Under the pieces are notes generated by a model. The model ran no database searches and had not been told where the DNA came from. It saw only the letters and a list, made by a program, of their open reading frames with translations. The translations under genes and the position numbers were made by a program. Below are positions 40,106 through 51,468 of a stretch of 64,000 nt of DNA, one piece after another (position 1 is the stretch's first letter; every line of letters starts with the position of its first letter). The stretch comes from Myxococcales bacterium. Lineage in GTDB: Bacteria > Desulfobacterota > Binatia > HRBIN30. Location of the stretch: positions 96,001 through 160,000 of the forward strand of contig JBBILD010000004.1 in the NCBI GenBank assembly GCA_037445065.1, written 5' to 3'.

Positions 40106-41236
40106 TTACGGCTTCATCTGTGCCGCGTTGAAGGTGAACTCTACATCGGAAAACACCGACCGGTACTTTTCGGGGGGAGGAGGCATCGGGTTGATGGCGC
40201 GCACGGTGCGCTCCACCGACAAGTCGAAGCTACGATCGCCGCTTGGGCGTACAATGCGCACGTTGGTCACTTCTCCGGTTGGGGTGATGCTGAAGGCCAC
40301 GGTTGCTTCCAGGCTTTCGTCTCTCCCTGCCCAGGCCCAGTTGTCCTGCAGCCGCCGTTGGAGTTGACCCAAGTAGAGAACGTAATCGGGGTCGGCGAGC
40401 ATGCCTCCGGGACCTCCCGTTCCTGGACCAGCCGACAGCGGCCCGCCGGGCTGACTTCCTGGCTTGCTGCCCGTGCCTGCACCGCGCTCTCCTAACTGGG
40501 CCTGCAGGCGGCGGGTCGCCGCTAGGATCTGGGCGTCCAAAAGTTCTTTTTCCTTTTGCTTGGCCTGCTCCGCGGCCTTCTTGCGGGCTTCCTCCTCCAC
40601 CCGCTTGCGGGCCTCTTCTTCGGCTTTCTTGCGCGCCTCTGCTTCGGCCCGCAACCTCGCCTCTTCCTCTTTCTTCTTGCGTGCTTCGGCTTCGGCCTGG
40701 CGGCGTGCTTCCTCGGCTGCTCGCTGCGCTTCCTCGAGTGCTCGTTGCGTGCGCTGCGCGGCTGCGGTCTGCTGCGCCAGCTTCTGCACATCCACCGGAG
40801 GAGGGGTTGGCGTTGGCGCCTGAACCACTACGGCGGTGGTACGGGTTGGGGTCGAGGTAAAGGCGGGACTGGGCTTCTCTCGGATCGCGACGGCCCCTGG
40901 ATCGGACTTCGTTTCCAGGGCTGCCTCTGCCTTCTCCAGGACCGCGGGCTTGGCCTTTTGCGGCGCGGCTTCATCCGGCTTGGGAGCGGCTGCCATCGTC
41001 TGCCCTTGAGTTCGCCCGCGGCCGCCCTCGATCAGGTTGGTTCCCCCAATTTGATCGGGCGACACGAGTTCGACGGTGTACGAGCGCATGGGTTCTGGGC
41101 TGCGGTTGAACCAGCCACTCGGGAAGAAGAGCACGGCCAAAAACACGAGCGCATGCAGCAGCGCCGACAGCAGGAGCATGGGGAGGAAGCCCCGGTCGGG
41201 ACGCTCGCCATAGGTGCGCAGTGGGTAGTCGGTCAC
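40106..41236 (-). CDS. tolA: TolA/TonB-like cell envelope protein
   Basis: TM helix S..LH, Ala/Glu/Lys-rich EAEARKK repeats, C-terminal SG...FD.SV.R.V domain; located between tolR and tolB. Confidence 0.85.
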   Translation of the reverse strand: MTDYPLRTYGERPDRGFLPMLLLSALLHALVFLAVLFFPSGWFNRSPEPMRSYTVELVSPDQIGGTNLIEGGRGRTQGQTMAAAPKPDEAAPQKAKPAVLEKAEAALETKSDPGAVAIREKPSPAFTSTPTRTTAVVVQAPTPTPPPVDVQKLAQQTAAAQRTQRALEEAQRAAEEARRQAEAEARKKKEEEARLRAEAEARKKAEEEARKRVEEEARKKAAEQAKQKEKELLDAQILAATRRLQAQLGERGAGTGSKPGSQPGGPLSAGPGTGGPGGMLADPDYVLYLGQLQRRLQDNWAWAGRDESLEATVAFSITPTGEVTNVRIVRPSGDRSFDLSVERTVRAINPMPPPPEKYRSVFSDVEFTFNAAQMKP

Positions 41237-41254
41237 ATTTGCTCGCCAGGTCGC

Positions 41255-41692
41255 CTACGATTTGTCCTTCTCGGGGACGGGCTCGGTCACCATGCCGAGA
41301 CGCTCTACGCCCGCTGCCTTGATCGCTGCGATCACCCGCATCACCTCTCCGTAGCGCACGTTTTGGTCGGCACGGAGGAAGACTTGCTTGTCAGGCTGCA
41401 GTCGCAGCACCGCCGCCAATTTAGCGCCGAGCTCCTCGGTGCGAATCGGCTGGTCGTTCAGGTAGACCGCTCCTTGCGGGGTAATCGTGACCACGAGCTG
41501 GACTTCTTCGCCCGGCAGTGCGGCGGCTTTTACCTTGGGAAGATTGACGCTCACCCCTTGCTGCAAGATCGGCGCAGTGACCATGAAGATCACCAGCAAC
41601 ACCAGCATAACGTCCACGAGGGGCGTCACGTTGATTGCCGCAATCGTTCCGCCAGCGCCCCCGTTGCCCGCAGAAGAGTCGTCCATCGCCAT
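41255..41692 (-). CDS. tolR: TolR
   Basis: INVTPLVDVMLVLLVIFMVTAP, LRAD..V.YG. Confidence 0.92.
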   Translation of the reverse strand: MAMDDSSAGNGGAGGTIAAINVTPLVDVMLVLLVIFMVTAPILQQGVSVNLPKVKAAALPGEEVQLVVTITPQGAVYLNDQPIRTEELGAKLAAVLRLQPDKQVFLRADQNVRYGEVMRVIAAIKAAGVERLGMVTEPVPEKDKS

Positions 41693-41701
41693 GGTTTTCC
41701 C

Positions 41702-42472
41702 TCACTTTTTCAAGAAGTGCCGCTCCGCGATGTTCAGGAATTCAGAGGCGAAATTTTCCATTTCGGCTACCAACACCCGGATCTGCCGGGCAAAATGGTT
41801 GTAGCCGATCACAGCAGGAATGGCGGCGGCCAGACCAGTGGCGGTTGCGACCAGTGCTTCGGCAATTCCAGGGGCCACAGCTTGGATACTGGAGGACTGG
41901 GTATGACTGAGGCCGAGAAAGGCGTTCATGATTCCCCAAACCGTGCCAAACAAGCCGATGAACGGGGTGGCGCTTGCAGTCGTGCCAAGGAACGTGAGGG
42001 CCCGTTCGAGCCGTGTGGTTTCTTGCCGGATCGCCCGCCGCATGGCTCGCTCCACGTTGTCGACTCCACCTAAGTCGGTATCTTCCAAAGACTCGACTGG
42101 ATTGGAGCGCCGCGTCCGCGTCAGCCGTAGCAGCTCTTGGTACCCGGCACGAAACACTTGCGCCACCGGGCTCTCGCGCAGCTCTTGGCTCGCCGTGTGA
42201 ATCGAAGTGAGGTTCTTGGTGTCCCAAAAGATCTCGATAAAACGAGCCGTCTGTCGGCGGGCGATGCGGATTTGCCGGGCCTTGTAAAAAATCACGCCCC
42301 AGGACGCGACCGAGAACGCAAGCAGGATGTACAGGACGGCGGTCACCACTGGGCCCGAGCCGGTAAGAAAGTGCATGACACTGGGCTCGGCTCGCGGCAG
42401 CGTGAGCGGTTGTTGGGCCACCAGCGTGGTTGTCCAAAACAGCATGCACCAGCCCATCCACAACCAGACCAT
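41702..42472 (-). CDS. tolQ: TolQ (start uncertain: 42472 or 42445)
   Basis: TPFIGLFGTVWGIM, VAPGIAEALVATA.GL.AAIPA. Confidence 0.92.
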   Translation of the reverse strand: MVWLWMGWCMLFWTTTLVAQQPLTLPRAEPSVMHFLTGSGPVVTAVLYILLAFSVASWGVIFYKARQIRIARRQTARFIEIFWDTKNLTSIHTASQELRESPVAQVFRAGYQELLRLTRTRRSNPVESLEDTDLGGVDNVERAMRRAIRQETTRLERALTFLGTTASATPFIGLFGTVWGIMNAFLGLSHTQSSSIQAVAPGIAEALVATATGLAAAIPAVIGYNHFARQIRVLVAEMENFASEFLNIAERHFLKK

Positions 42473-42608
42473 GATCGTCGCTAGAAGAGGGTCTCTTGAG
42501 AGTCAACGCAAACGCGCCCGCTCATAACAATCTTTGTTCGCCAGTGCGACTTCTCAGAGCGGCCTGTTCTTTGTAGTAATCAGTGCACTCTGACGGGAGG
42601 GTGGGATC

Positions 42609-43784
42609 GTGCGTGTGATTTCGGACTTGTTCCTGAGCGGCCAGCGCACCTTCGTGCGAGTGGACTTCAATGTTCCGATCCGTGATGGGAAGGTGGTGGA
42701 TGATACTCGGATCCGCGCCTCCCTCCCCACCATCCGTTACGCAATCGAGCATGGTGCACGGGTCATTTTGGCTTCCCACTTAGGCCGCCCCAAGGGCAAG
42801 CATGTGCCAGAACTGAGCCTGCGCCCCGTAGGGGAGGCTCTGTCCCGCCTGCTTGGGCAAGAGGTGCGCGTGGCGCCGGACTGCGTCGGAGCCAGCGTCG
42901 AGGCCGCAGTGCAGGAACTCTCACCGGGGAAAGTCTTGCTGCTCGAAAACCTGCGCTTTCATGCCGAAGAGGAGAGGAACGACCCCGCATTCAGTCAGGC
43001 TCTTGCCCGCTTAGCGGATGTCTACGTAAACGACGCCTTCGGTACGGCACACCGCGCCCATGCCTCCACCGTCGGCATGGTGCGCTTGGTTCCCCAGCGC
43101 GCGGCCGGGTTCCTGATGAAAAAGGAATGCGACTTTTTGCGCCGGGTGATCGTTCACCCGGCGCGACCTTTGTTTGCACTGATCGGGGGTGCCAAGGTTT
43201 CGGACAAACTTGGGGTGCTGCGCAACCTGCTCCGCGTGGTGGACGGATTGTTGGTGGGAGGCGCCATGGCATACACCTTTTTGAAGAGTGCCGGGGTGGA
43301 AGTGGGAAACTCGCTCGTCGAGCCAGAGCTGCTGCCCGTGGCTCGCGAACTCCAGGAGCAGGCGCGGGCCTCGGGCAAGCAACTTCTGCTTCCCGTGGAT
43401 CACCGGGCTTCGACCGCGACGGACGGTTCAGCGGAAGTCAGGGTGTTCGCTCCCGGTATCCCCGCTGGCTGGATCGGGGTGGACATCGGACCGGAGACCG
43501 AGAAACAGTTCGCGGCCGCGTTGCGCGGCGCGCGTACGATTTTTTGGAATGGCCCGATGGGAGTTTTCGAAGTAGAAGCCTTTTCCCACGGCACGATGGC
43601 CATGGTAGATGCGGTAGTGAGTTCCGGTGCGGAGGTCACAGTCGTTGGGGGTGGGGATTCGGCCGCGGCCGTGATGCGCTCGGGCAAGGCGGACCGCCTT
43701 TCCCACGTCTCGACGGGAGGGGGCGCAACCCTCGAGTTTATCGAGGGACGCGAACTTCCCGGAATCAGCGCTTTGGAGGACTGA
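42609..43784 (+). CDS. pgk: Phosphoglycerate kinase
   Basis: [45 protein letters not shown]. Confidence 0.97.
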   Translation: MRVISDLFLSGQRTFVRVDFNVPIRDGKVVDDTRIRASLPTIRYAIEHGARVILASHLGRPKGKHVPELSLRPVGEALSRLLGQEVRVAPDCVGASVEAAVQELSPGKVLLLENLRFHAEEERNDPAFSQALARLADVYVNDAFGTAHRAHASTVGMVRLVPQRAAGFLMKKECDFLRRVIVHPARPLFALIGGAKVSDKLGVLRNLLRVVDGLLVGGAMAYTFLKSAGVEVGNSLVEPELLPVARELQEQARASGKQLLLPVDHRASTATDGSAEVRVFAPGIPAGWIGVDIGPETEKQFAAALRGARTIFWNGPMGVFEVEAFSHGTMAMVDAVVSSGAEVTVVGGGDSAAAVMRSGKADRLSHVSTGGGATLEFIEGRELPGISALED

Positions 43785-43787
43785 CCT

Positions 43788-44546
43788 GTGCGCCGGCCGC
43801 TGATCGTTGGCAACTGGAAAATGCACGGCACGCGCCCGCAGGCGGCGGCGCTGGCCGCCGCTATTCGAGACGGTTTGACGAGCGTCGAAGACCGCGAAGT
43901 GGCGGTCGCCCCACCGTTCACGGCAATCGAGTGCGTGGCGCACGTGCTCGGCGATGCACCGATTGCTCTGGCTGCCCAAAACGCCCATTGGGAGAAGGAA
44001 GGTGCGTTCACGGGCGAGGTGTCCCCCCTGATGCTGCAAGAGCTGGGCTGTCGGTACGTCATTTTGGGCCATTCTGAGCGCCGCCAGTACTTCGGCGAGT
44101 CGGACGCCATGCTGCAGCGCAAGATCCGTGCGGTGCTGCACGCTGCATTGCGGCCGATTTTGTGCGTCGGGGAAACACTCGCCGAGCGAGAGCAGGGGAG
44201 AACCCTGGAAGTCATCCAACGCCAACTCGAAGGAGCGTTGCTCGACTTGGACCCTGTTGCTATAGGCGCGGTCACTGTGGCGTACGAGCCGGTTTGGGCG
44301 ATTGGCACGGGGAAAGTGGCCACGCCGCAGCAAGCCCAGGAAGTCCACGCTGCCATTCGCGCTTGGTTGCACGCGTGGATCGGTGTGGCGGCGAACGACA
44401 TTCGAATTTTATACGGCGGCAGCGTGAAGCCTGAAAACATTGATGATTTGATGGTCGAGAAGGATGTAGATGGTGCCTTGGTCGGCGGCGCGAGCTTGCA
44501 AGCAGAGTCGTTCCTGCGCATCGTGCAGTTTCGACACCGGCAGTAA
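43788..44546 (+). CDS. tpiA: Triosephosphate isomerase
   Basis: GNWKM, GAFTGE, GHSERR, AYEPVWAIGTG, YGGSV, LVGGASL. Confidence 0.97.
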   Translation: MRRPLIVGNWKMHGTRPQAAALAAAIRDGLTSVEDREVAVAPPFTAIECVAHVLGDAPIALAAQNAHWEKEGAFTGEVSPLMLQELGCRYVILGHSERRQYFGESDAMLQRKIRAVLHAALRPILCVGETLAEREQGRTLEVIQRQLEGALLDLDPVAIGAVTVAYEPVWAIGTGKVATPQQAQEVHAAIRAWLHAWIGVAANDIRILYGGSVKPENIDDLMVEKDVDGALVGGASLQAESFLRIVQFRHRQ

Positions 44547-44568
44547 GGCGGCCTCGAGGAAGTGGAAA

Positions 44569-45018
44569 ATGCACACAGTCTTGATCGTCATTCACGTCAT
44601 TACGTGCCTATTGATCATCGGCGTGGTGTTGATCCAACAGGGCCGAGGGTCTGATATCGGTGCCGTGTTCGGCGGGAGCTCCGCCACGGTTTTTGGCAGT
44701 TCGGGTGCCGGAAATTTTTTGACCCGCCTGACCGCAAGTCTCGCCGCTGTGTTTATGGTCACGGCGGCGACACTGACGTATTTGGGCGCGTACGAAGTGA
44801 CCGGTACGGTCTTCCACGAGTCGTTGCCCCAGCCGCCTCCCCGTCAGGCGCCTGCTGCTGCCGAGCCAGAGGCCCAAGCGCCTCAGGCGGCTCCCGCAGC
44901 GGTAGAGGGCGAGCCGGTGCCTGCCGCCGAGTCGCAGCAGCCACCGGCGGCAGCCGAGCCACAGGAGGCGCAGGTTCCTGCAGCCCCGCAGGCGCAGGAT
45001 GCGCCGAGCGGGCCGTAG
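44569..45018 (+). CDS. secG: Preprotein translocase subunit SecG with an Ala/Pro/Glu-rich tail
   Basis: VLIQQGRG.D.GA.FGG.S..VFGS.G..NFLTRLT. Confidence 0.92.
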   Translation: MHTVLIVIHVITCLLIIGVVLIQQGRGSDIGAVFGGSSATVFGSSGAGNFLTRLTASLAAVFMVTAATLTYLGAYEVTGTVFHESLPQPPPRQAPAAAEPEAQAPQAAPAAVEGEPVPAAESQQPPAAAEPQEAQVPAAPQAQDAPSGP

Positions 45019-45065
45019 CCACTGGGCGTGCGTTTCTGGTAAGTCGGAGCCGAGAACTACCCTGT

Positions 45066-45149
45066 GCGAGGATGGCGGAACTGGCAGACGCGCTAGTTTG
45101 AGGGGCTAGTGGGGTAACACCCGTGGGGGTTCGAGTCCCCCTCCTCGCA
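45066..45149 (+). tRNA. tRNA-Leu (anticodon GAG); CCA not encoded
   Basis: GCGAGGA/TCCTCGC acceptor stem, TGGCGGAACTGGCAGACGCG D arm, CTAGT-TTGAGGG-GCTAG anticodon arm, long variable arm, GGTTCGAGTCC T arm. Confidence 0.95.
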
Positions 45150-45425
45150 CTTCCCAGACTTCAGCCTCCCGTTCCTCGGACGCTTGCGTTGTAGCGGTGC
45201 GCCCGGCTGCCAGCGCGCAGCGGAGGTTGCCTTAAGGCACTGTTACGGGCTGGTTCTGGCCTACGGAAGGGCAGCCACGGTGGCTGGCCTTCCGGTGCCG
45301 GTGCGCGAAGCAGGTGGGTGGAATGCTGGCGCAAGCAGGCAGGACTCTTTGCCCACAATGGAGCGCTGCACGCGTAGCGAGCGAGGCGCCTTGTGCGAGC
45401 CTGTTCTCGTTTCAGCCGCTCCGGT

Positions 45426-46694
45426 TCACCCGGAAGCAACGATTTGCGGCACGGAGTGGCCTTTGAGGTCGCCGAGCAAGGTGAGAGCGATTTGTCCTTC
45501 GCAAAACAGCCGCTCGGCCAAAGCGACGATGTCGTCGTTGGTGGTGGAATCGATCCGCGCCGCCACTTCGGCCGGCGAGACGTCATGACCGAAGTAAATC
45601 TCGTTTTTCGCGATCCGTGTCATACGGCTGTCGCTGGTTTCCAGGCCGAGCAGCAGGTTGCCTTTGAGCTGATTTTTGACCCGCCGCAGTTCGGCCTCGG
45701 TGACCCCTTCCCGTTTGAGCCGGCGCAGCTCGTGCAAGATGACCTCCACCACCTCACTTGCCCACTCCGCGCGCGTGCCCACATAGATCCCGAGGTAACC
45801 AGCGTCACTGTACGAGGACAGGAACGAATAGACCGAATAGGCACGACCGCGCTTCTCCCGCACCTCTTGAAACAAACGCGAACTCATCCCGCCGCCGAGA
45901 GCGGTGTTCAACAGGTACGCGGCATAGCGCTGCTCGTCGGTCTGCGAGATTCCGGGCAGTCCCAGGCAAAGGTGCACCTGTTCCAGCGGCTTCTCGACGT
46001 AGTGCACCCCCGCTCGGGGCCACGGCGGACTGCCGTCCGCATCGGTAGCACTGCCGTACAGGCTCCCGAATTGGGATTGCGCCCATTGTACCATCGCCTC
46101 GTGCTCGATCTGCCCGGCCGCAGCAATGAGGATTCGGTCCGGCTGGTACCGCTCGGAAAGGAAGCGCAAGAAGTCCTCTTGCTGGAATTGCCGCACTGTT
46201 TCTTCGCGGCCGCACACAGGCTGTCCGAGTGGGTGATCCGGCCAGTAGCGGAGAACGAAGAGGTCGTGCACGTAGTCGTCCGGCGTATCTTCGACCTGCG
46301 AGATCTCTTGCAGCACGACGGTGCGTTCCCGCTCCACTTCTTCCGGGTCGAACCGAGAGTGTAGAAAAATGTCGGCGAGTAGGTCCTGGATGACCGGCAG
46401 GTGTTCGGCCAGGACCTTTCCATAGTAGCAAGTGTACTCTTTACCGGTGAAGGCATTGAGAACGCCCCCGACCGCATCCGCCTCTTCAGCGATTTGGGCG
46501 GCGGAGCGCCGCTCTGTCCCTTTGAAAAAGAGGTGCTCCAAAAAATGCGAAATGCCAGCTTGTTCCGGGCGCTCGTGGCGCGAGCCGTTTTCTACCCAGA
46601 TCCCGAGCGTAACAGACGGGACACCCGGAACGTGCTCGGTGACCACGCGGATGCCGTTGTCGAGTCGGGTACGTTGTACCGAACCGTTGCCCAT
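45426..46694 (-). CDS. M16 family (pitrilysin-like) zinc peptidase
   Basis: SHFLEH.FFKGT (HxxEH), NAFT.KE.T.YY, LGGGMSSRLFQEVRE.RG. Confidence 0.93.
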   Translation of the reverse strand: MGNGSVQRTRLDNGIRVVTEHVPGVPSVTLGIWVENGSRHERPEQAGISHFLEHLFFKGTERRSAAQIAEEADAVGGVLNAFTGKEYTCYYGKVLAEHLPVIQDLLADIFLHSRFDPEEVERERTVVLQEISQVEDTPDDYVHDLFVLRYWPDHPLGQPVCGREETVRQFQQEDFLRFLSERYQPDRILIAAAGQIEHEAMVQWAQSQFGSLYGSATDADGSPPWPRAGVHYVEKPLEQVHLCLGLPGISQTDEQRYAAYLLNTALGGGMSSRLFQEVREKRGRAYSVYSFLSSYSDAGYLGIYVGTRAEWASEVVEVILHELRRLKREGVTEAELRRVKNQLKGNLLLGLETSDSRMTRIAKNEIYFGHDVSPAEVAARIDSTTNDDIVALAERLFCEGQIALTLLGDLKGHSVPQIVASG

Positions 46695-46701
46695 TCCTTG
46701 C

Positions 46702-48834
46702 TCACGAAGTGCGCTTGCCGGCAGGCCCCTGGCCCGAACCCGTGCTCTTCTTCTCCGCCTCCTGCAACACTTCCCTTCTGCTGAGCCGGATCTTCCCGGT
46801 CTTGTCGACTTCGAGAACCTTGACCAGAACTTCTTCGCCCTCGCGCAGCACATCGCTGACCTTGGCAACCCGCCCCGGCCCGATTTGCGAAATGTGCAGT
46901 AACCCGTCTACGCCGGGCAAAATTTCTACGAACGCCCCAAAATCCACAATGCGCCGCACGATGCCCTTGTAAACTTTTCCTACTTCTGGCTCGGCCGTGA
47001 TCCCTTGGATCAGTTCGATGGCACGGCTCATTGCCTTTTGGTCAGCAGAGGCGACGATCACCGTGCCGTCGTCCTCGACGTCAATCTTCACTCCGGTTTC
47101 CTCGATGATGCTGCGGATGACTTTGCCGCCAGGGCCGATCAGGTCGCGGATCTTGTCCGGCTTGATTTTGAGGGTCACGATGCGCGGAGCATGCGGGGAG
47201 ATATGCGGCCGCGGCTCAGCGATCGCCTGCGCCATTTGTTCTAAAATGAACAGCCGACCCTCGCGGGCTTGGTAGAGCGCTTCTTGCATGATCTCGCGCG
47301 TGACCCGCCCGATCTTGATGTCCATTTGCAACGCTGTGATGCCGCGGGCGGTGCCGGCCACTTTGAAGTCCATGTCCCCGAGGTGGTCCTCATCGCCGAG
47401 AATGTCCGAGAGAATCCGCACCTCTTCGCCTTCCTTGATGAGCCCCATGGCGATGCCGGCTACCGCGGCCCGAATGGGCACGCCTGCATCCATCAGCGAC
47501 AGCGTCGCCCCACACACAGTGGCCATGGAAGACGAACCGTTCGACTCGAGGATCTCCGACACCACCCGGATGGTGTACGGGAACGCTTCTTCCGGCGGCA
47601 GCACCGCCTGAATCGCCCGTTCGGCAAGTGCTCCGTGCCCGATCTCGCGCCGCCCTGGGCTGCGCAAGAAACGAACTTCCCCCACGCTGAACGGCGGGAA
47701 GTTGTAATGCAGCATGAACTTCTTGAAGTGTTCACCAATGAGGGCGTCGATCTTTTGTTCGTCGGAAGAAGTACCGAGCGTGGCAGTGACCAGTGCTTGG
47801 GTTTCCCCTCGCGTGAACAAAGCCGAGCCGTGCGCACGGGGAAGCAAGCCCACCTCGCACTGAATGGGGCGGATGTCTTTGAGCCCGCGGCCATCCACGC
47901 GCCGGCCTTCGCGCACGATCGCCTCGCGCATGACCCGAGCCTTGATCTCCTCGCACATGCTCTTGCATTCAGCGAGGCGCTCCGGTTGCTGCGCGGCGAT
48001 TTGTGCAAGAACCCCTTGTTCTGCTTCTTTGACTGCCTGGGCCCGCTCTTGTTTGGTCGGGATTTGGAACGCCGTGCGGAATTTGGGCACAGCCAATTGC
48101 TCGAGGGAGCGGAAGAATTCTTCATCGAAGCTTGGCGCTACGAAATCTCGCTTGGGCTTGCCAACCGCTGCCCGCAACTCCTGCTGCAGTTCGATCAGCG
48201 CTTGTGCTTCCTGAAAAGCGTAAAACAGGGCGTCGAGCACCGCATCTTCGCCGACTTCCTGTGCCCCACCTTCCACCATCACGATGCCGTCGCGGCTGGC
48301 TGCCACCACCAGATTCAAGTCGCTCTGCTCGAGCTGGCTTACCGTTGGGTTGATCACCAGTTGGCCCTGAACTCTGCCCACTCGCACGCAGCCTATCGGC
48401 CCGAAGAAAGGAACGTCCGACACCTCGAGAGCCGCGGAGGCGGCGGTGACCGCAAGGACGTCGGGATCGTTTTCCTTGTCGTGCGACAGCACAGTCGCGA
48501 TCACCTGGGTTTCCGAGCGGAAGCCGTCAGGAAACAAAGGCCGAATGGGACGGTCGATCAGTCGCGAAGTCAGGGTTTCTTTTTCCGTCGGCCGTCCTTC
48601 GCGCTTGAAAAATCCGCCGGGGATTTTGCCGGCTGCAAAGGTCCGTTCCTGGTAATCGCAGGTGAGCGGGGAAAAATCGATTCCCTCGCGTACCTTCCTT
48701 TCCGAGACCACGGTCACCAGGACCATCGACTCGCCGTACGACAGGACCACAGCCCCGTCTGCTTGTTTGGCCATACGCCCGCTCTCGATCCAAAGCGGGC
48801 GCCCGTGAAAAGTGGTCTCGATTCGTCGGTACAT
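46702..48834 (-). CDS. pnp: Polyribonucleotide nucleotidyltransferase (PNPase)
   Basis: [42 protein letters not shown] and S1 domains. Confidence 0.97.
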   Translation of the reverse strand: MYRRIETTFHGRPLWIESGRMAKQADGAVVLSYGESMVLVTVVSERKVREGIDFSPLTCDYQERTFAAGKIPGGFFKREGRPTEKETLTSRLIDRPIRPLFPDGFRSETQVIATVLSHDKENDPDVLAVTAASAALEVSDVPFFGPIGCVRVGRVQGQLVINPTVSQLEQSDLNLVVAASRDGIVMVEGGAQEVGEDAVLDALFYAFQEAQALIELQQELRAAVGKPKRDFVAPSFDEEFFRSLEQLAVPKFRTAFQIPTKQERAQAVKEAEQGVLAQIAAQQPERLAECKSMCEEIKARVMREAIVREGRRVDGRGLKDIRPIQCEVGLLPRAHGSALFTRGETQALVTATLGTSSDEQKIDALIGEHFKKFMLHYNFPPFSVGEVRFLRSPGRREIGHGALAERAIQAVLPPEEAFPYTIRVVSEILESNGSSSMATVCGATLSLMDAGVPIRAAVAGIAMGLIKEGEEVRILSDILGDEDHLGDMDFKVAGTARGITALQMDIKIGRVTREIMQEALYQAREGRLFILEQMAQAIAEPRPHISPHAPRIVTLKIKPDKIRDLIGPGGKVIRSIIEETGVKIDVEDDGTVIVASADQKAMSRAIELIQGITAEPEVGKVYKGIVRRIVDFGAFVEILPGVDGLLHISQIGPGRVAKVSDVLREGEEVLVKVLEVDKTGKIRLSRREVLQEAEKKSTGSGQGPAGKRTS

Positions 48835-48895
48835 GTTTGCCGTTCGGGCTGGTGCTCCGCAGCGGGAGGAACAAGCTGAACGAGTTCGGGCAGCG

Positions 48896-49165
48896 TTACT
48901 TGCGCAAGCCCAAGCGCTCGATCAAGCTTTTGTAGCGCTCGAAATCTTCGTGCTTGAGGTACTCGAGCAGGCGACGGCGTTGGCCGACCAGCTTGAGCAG
49001 CCCCCGCCGAGAATGATGGTCCTTTTTGTGTACCTCGAAGTGCTGCGAAAGATGTTCGATCCGCGCAGTCAGCAGGGCAATTTGCACTTCCGGTGAGCCG
49101 GTATCTTTCTGGTGCCGTGCATTCGCCCTAATCAGCTCCTTCACCTGTTCGGGAGCCAGTCCCAT
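48896..49165 (-). CDS. rpsO: 30S ribosomal protein S15
   Basis: [34 protein letters not shown] before ATG. Confidence 0.97.
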   Translation of the reverse strand: MGLAPEQVKELIRANARHQKDTGSPEVQIALLTARIEHLSQHFEVHKKDHHSRRGLLKLVGQRRRLLEYLKHEDFERYKSLIERLGLRK

Positions 49166-49194
49166 TCTTCCTCCATCTTCAAATTCGCCGCGCG

Positions 49195-49223
49195 TGCTTA
49201 ACACCCTGCCGAAAGCCCTTCAA
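49195..49223 (-). promoter_or_regulatory. Candidate sigma70-type promoter for rpsO-pnp
   Basis: TTGAAG-17 bp-TAAGCA with a TG extension. Confidence 0.45.
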
Positions 49224-49381
49224 CCCCGCGCGGCGCATCGGAGCGCCTGTTGGAGAGGCGGACCGCGGCCTACACCGCGGAGGAGGCGCTCCCGGTTGGT
49301 CGCCTGCCCGAACTTCTTCCCACAACGCCCGCGGACGACCATGTGGCGGAAGGCGAGGGTCTTCGTCTACGGTTCCCGGCG

Positions 49382-50356
49382 ATGCACATCGTTCACGTGA
49401 GCCCGTGGAGGTTGCCTGCCAGCGCTTACGGCGGATCCCAGAGGGTTTTGTGGTGGCTCGCGCGAGCGCAGTTGGGCTGCGGCGACGAGGTGACCCTGTT
49501 TGCCCCTGAAGGAACGTGGGTGCCGGGGGCGCGTTTGCTCGCGGTCCCAGATGGGGTTGCGGGTGACGAGCAGAAAATGGTTCCCTGGGTGCTCGCACAC
49601 CTGCCCCGCGAGGTAGATGTCATTCATTGGCAACGCATGCCGCCGGAGATGCCGCAGGCTCCGTTCGTGGTGACCGTGCACGGCAACTCTGCCGCCGAAT
49701 TGCAGCCGCATCCGAACAAGGTGTACTTGAGCCGCAACCACGCGCAGCGTGCTGGCGCGGCAGCGTTTGTCTACAACGGCTTGGATCCCTCCGAGTACAA
49801 CTTCCGAGAGAAAAAAGACTCCTATGTGTTGTTCTTGGGTAAGCTGAGCCGGCGCAGTAAAGGGATCCGCTGGGCGCTCGAAATTGCACGCAAGAGCGGG
49901 GTGGAGTTGGTGGTTGCCGGGGGAACCCGGTGGGGTTTGCGCAAGACTGGTGGTTGGTGGGCGAGCCTGTCTCGCCGCGTTCACTTTATCGGCGAAGTGG
50001 CGGGCTGGAGGAAGGCAGAACTCTTGGCTGGAGCACGGGCGCTGCTCTTTCCTATCCAGTGGGAAGAACCATTTGGACTCGTGATGATCGAGGCCTTGGT
50101 CAGCGGCACCCCTGTGCTGGCGTGCCCGCGTGGTGCAGCGCCGGAGATCCTCACTCCGGAGGTTGGCGCGCTGTGCCGCACGGTGGATGAGTTTTGTGCA
50201 GCGCTTGCCCAACTGCATCACTTTTCTCCCACCGAATGCCGCCAGCGGGTGTTGTCGCACTTTACCGCCGAGCACATGGCGGCGGGCTACCGTGCGCGTT
50301 ACCTGCGTGCCATGCAGGCTGCCGACGTGCACGCTTGCCCATCTCCGCAGTCGTGA
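49382..50356 (+). CDS. Glycosyltransferase family 4
   Basis: P...YGG.QRV, T.HGN, VYNGLD, WEEPFGLVMIEAL.SGTPV. Confidence 0.9.
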   Translation: MHIVHVSPWRLPASAYGGSQRVLWWLARAQLGCGDEVTLFAPEGTWVPGARLLAVPDGVAGDEQKMVPWVLAHLPREVDVIHWQRMPPEMPQAPFVVTVHGNSAAELQPHPNKVYLSRNHAQRAGAAAFVYNGLDPSEYNFREKKDSYVLFLGKLSRRSKGIRWALEIARKSGVELVVAGGTRWGLRKTGGWWASLSRRVHFIGEVAGWRKAELLAGARALLFPIQWEEPFGLVMIEALVSGTPVLACPRGAAPEILTPEVGALCRTVDEFCAALAQLHHFSPTECRQRVLSHFTAEHMAAGYRARYLRAMQAADVHACPSPQS

Positions 50357-50396
50357 GAGGATGCAAGGGTAGCGTTGCCTTCGGGTTGCTCGGGAC

Positions 50397-51332
50397 GTGC
50401 AGGAACAAGCAGTGGGAACGGAAAACCCGCAGATCTCCGTGCTGATCGCGACACGCAACCGTGCCCAGTCGCTCGAGCGCGCGCTTACGTCGTTGCTGCG
50501 GGCTCTGCATGGGTGCCCGCTGAGCACCGAGGTCATTATCGTAGATAACGGTTCTAGCGACGCCACGCCGCGGGTGATCGAAGGCTTTTATCGAGCCTGC
50601 GGGGTCGCGGGAGTTCCGTTGCTTGTTCCGGAGCGAGGGAAAGCGCGGGCGCTCAACGCGGGACTTGCGCGCGCTCGCGGTGCGGTCGTTGCCTTCACCG
50701 ACGACGACGTCGAGATACCGGAGCAGTGGCTCGTTGCCGCGGCTCGCTTCTCGAAAGAGTACCCAGAGTACGCCGCTGCCACCGGCCCGGTGTGCCTACC
50801 GCCCGGGGAGTACGATCGAGAGACCTTGGCGCGGGTGCGGTTGTTGCGGACGCTACCCCTCTTGGATTTGGGCAGTGCGGCCTGCGAAACCAAGCACCTG
50901 TACGGCTGCAACATGCTCGTGCGGCGCGCTGCCTTGTTGCGTGCGGGCGGCTTCGACGAGCGGCTCGGGCCGGGCGCCAGTGGTTTGCATGAAGACGGGG
51001 AACTGGCTCGCAGACTGCGCGCATCGGGTGAGCGAATCCTGTATTTCCCTCCGTTGCGCATGTTCCATACCGTGGATCCGGCTCGTTTGACCTGGGAGTT
51101 CTTCCGGGAACTGCATCGTGCGGACGGGCGCAGCCGGTTCGTGCGTGATGGGAACCGGGGCTTGACCCATGCCGCACGCCGCTGGCTCGGCGCCGCTTTG
51201 GTGTGGGGCTGGTGGGCGGTTTGCGGGCAGCGCGGGCGGCGGGTACGGGCTTGGGGCAGGTTGGTGTCGCACTCGGAGTATCTGCGCCTGTGCTGGTCGG
51301 CCGCGCAGGCGGCGGAGCAAGGCCCGGAGTGA
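50397..51332 (+). CDS. Glycosyltransferase family 2
   Basis: ISVLIATRNR, VDNGSSD, AFTDDD, GGFDE.LG, ED.EL. Confidence 0.9.
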   Translation: MQEQAVGTENPQISVLIATRNRAQSLERALTSLLRALHGCPLSTEVIIVDNGSSDATPRVIEGFYRACGVAGVPLLVPERGKARALNAGLARARGAVVAFTDDDVEIPEQWLVAAARFSKEYPEYAAATGPVCLPPGEYDRETLARVRLLRTLPLLDLGSAACETKHLYGCNMLVRRAALLRAGGFDERLGPGASGLHEDGELARRLRASGERILYFPPLRMFHTVDPARLTWEFFRELHRADGRSRFVRDGNRGLTHAARRWLGAALVWGWWAVCGQRGRRVRAWGRLVSHSEYLRLCWSAAQAAEQGPE

Positions 51333-51468
51333 GCAGGCTGGTCGAAGAACGGCATCTGCTCTGGACCGGGCTTTCCACTGCCAGAGCTCGCGCAGCGCCT
51401 GCCGGAATGGAGTGCCTGCTGGCGAGCTCCAGCCTCGGCCGATACGCCGCAGATTGGCCGGAGAATCC

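Noticed and set aside
40560..40760. Tandem DNA repeats in tolA
   Set aside because: They encode the ordinary EAEARKK helical stalk of TolA.
45150..45425. Integrated element at tRNA-Leu
   Set aside because: No integrase and no duplicated tRNA 3' end noticed; the next gene is a core M16 peptidase.
23626..48879. Long plus-strand ORFs 23626-25026, 40556-42073 and 47269-48879
   Set aside because: Antisense shadows of ilvC/ilvN, tolAQR and pnp, caused by GC-biased codon usage.
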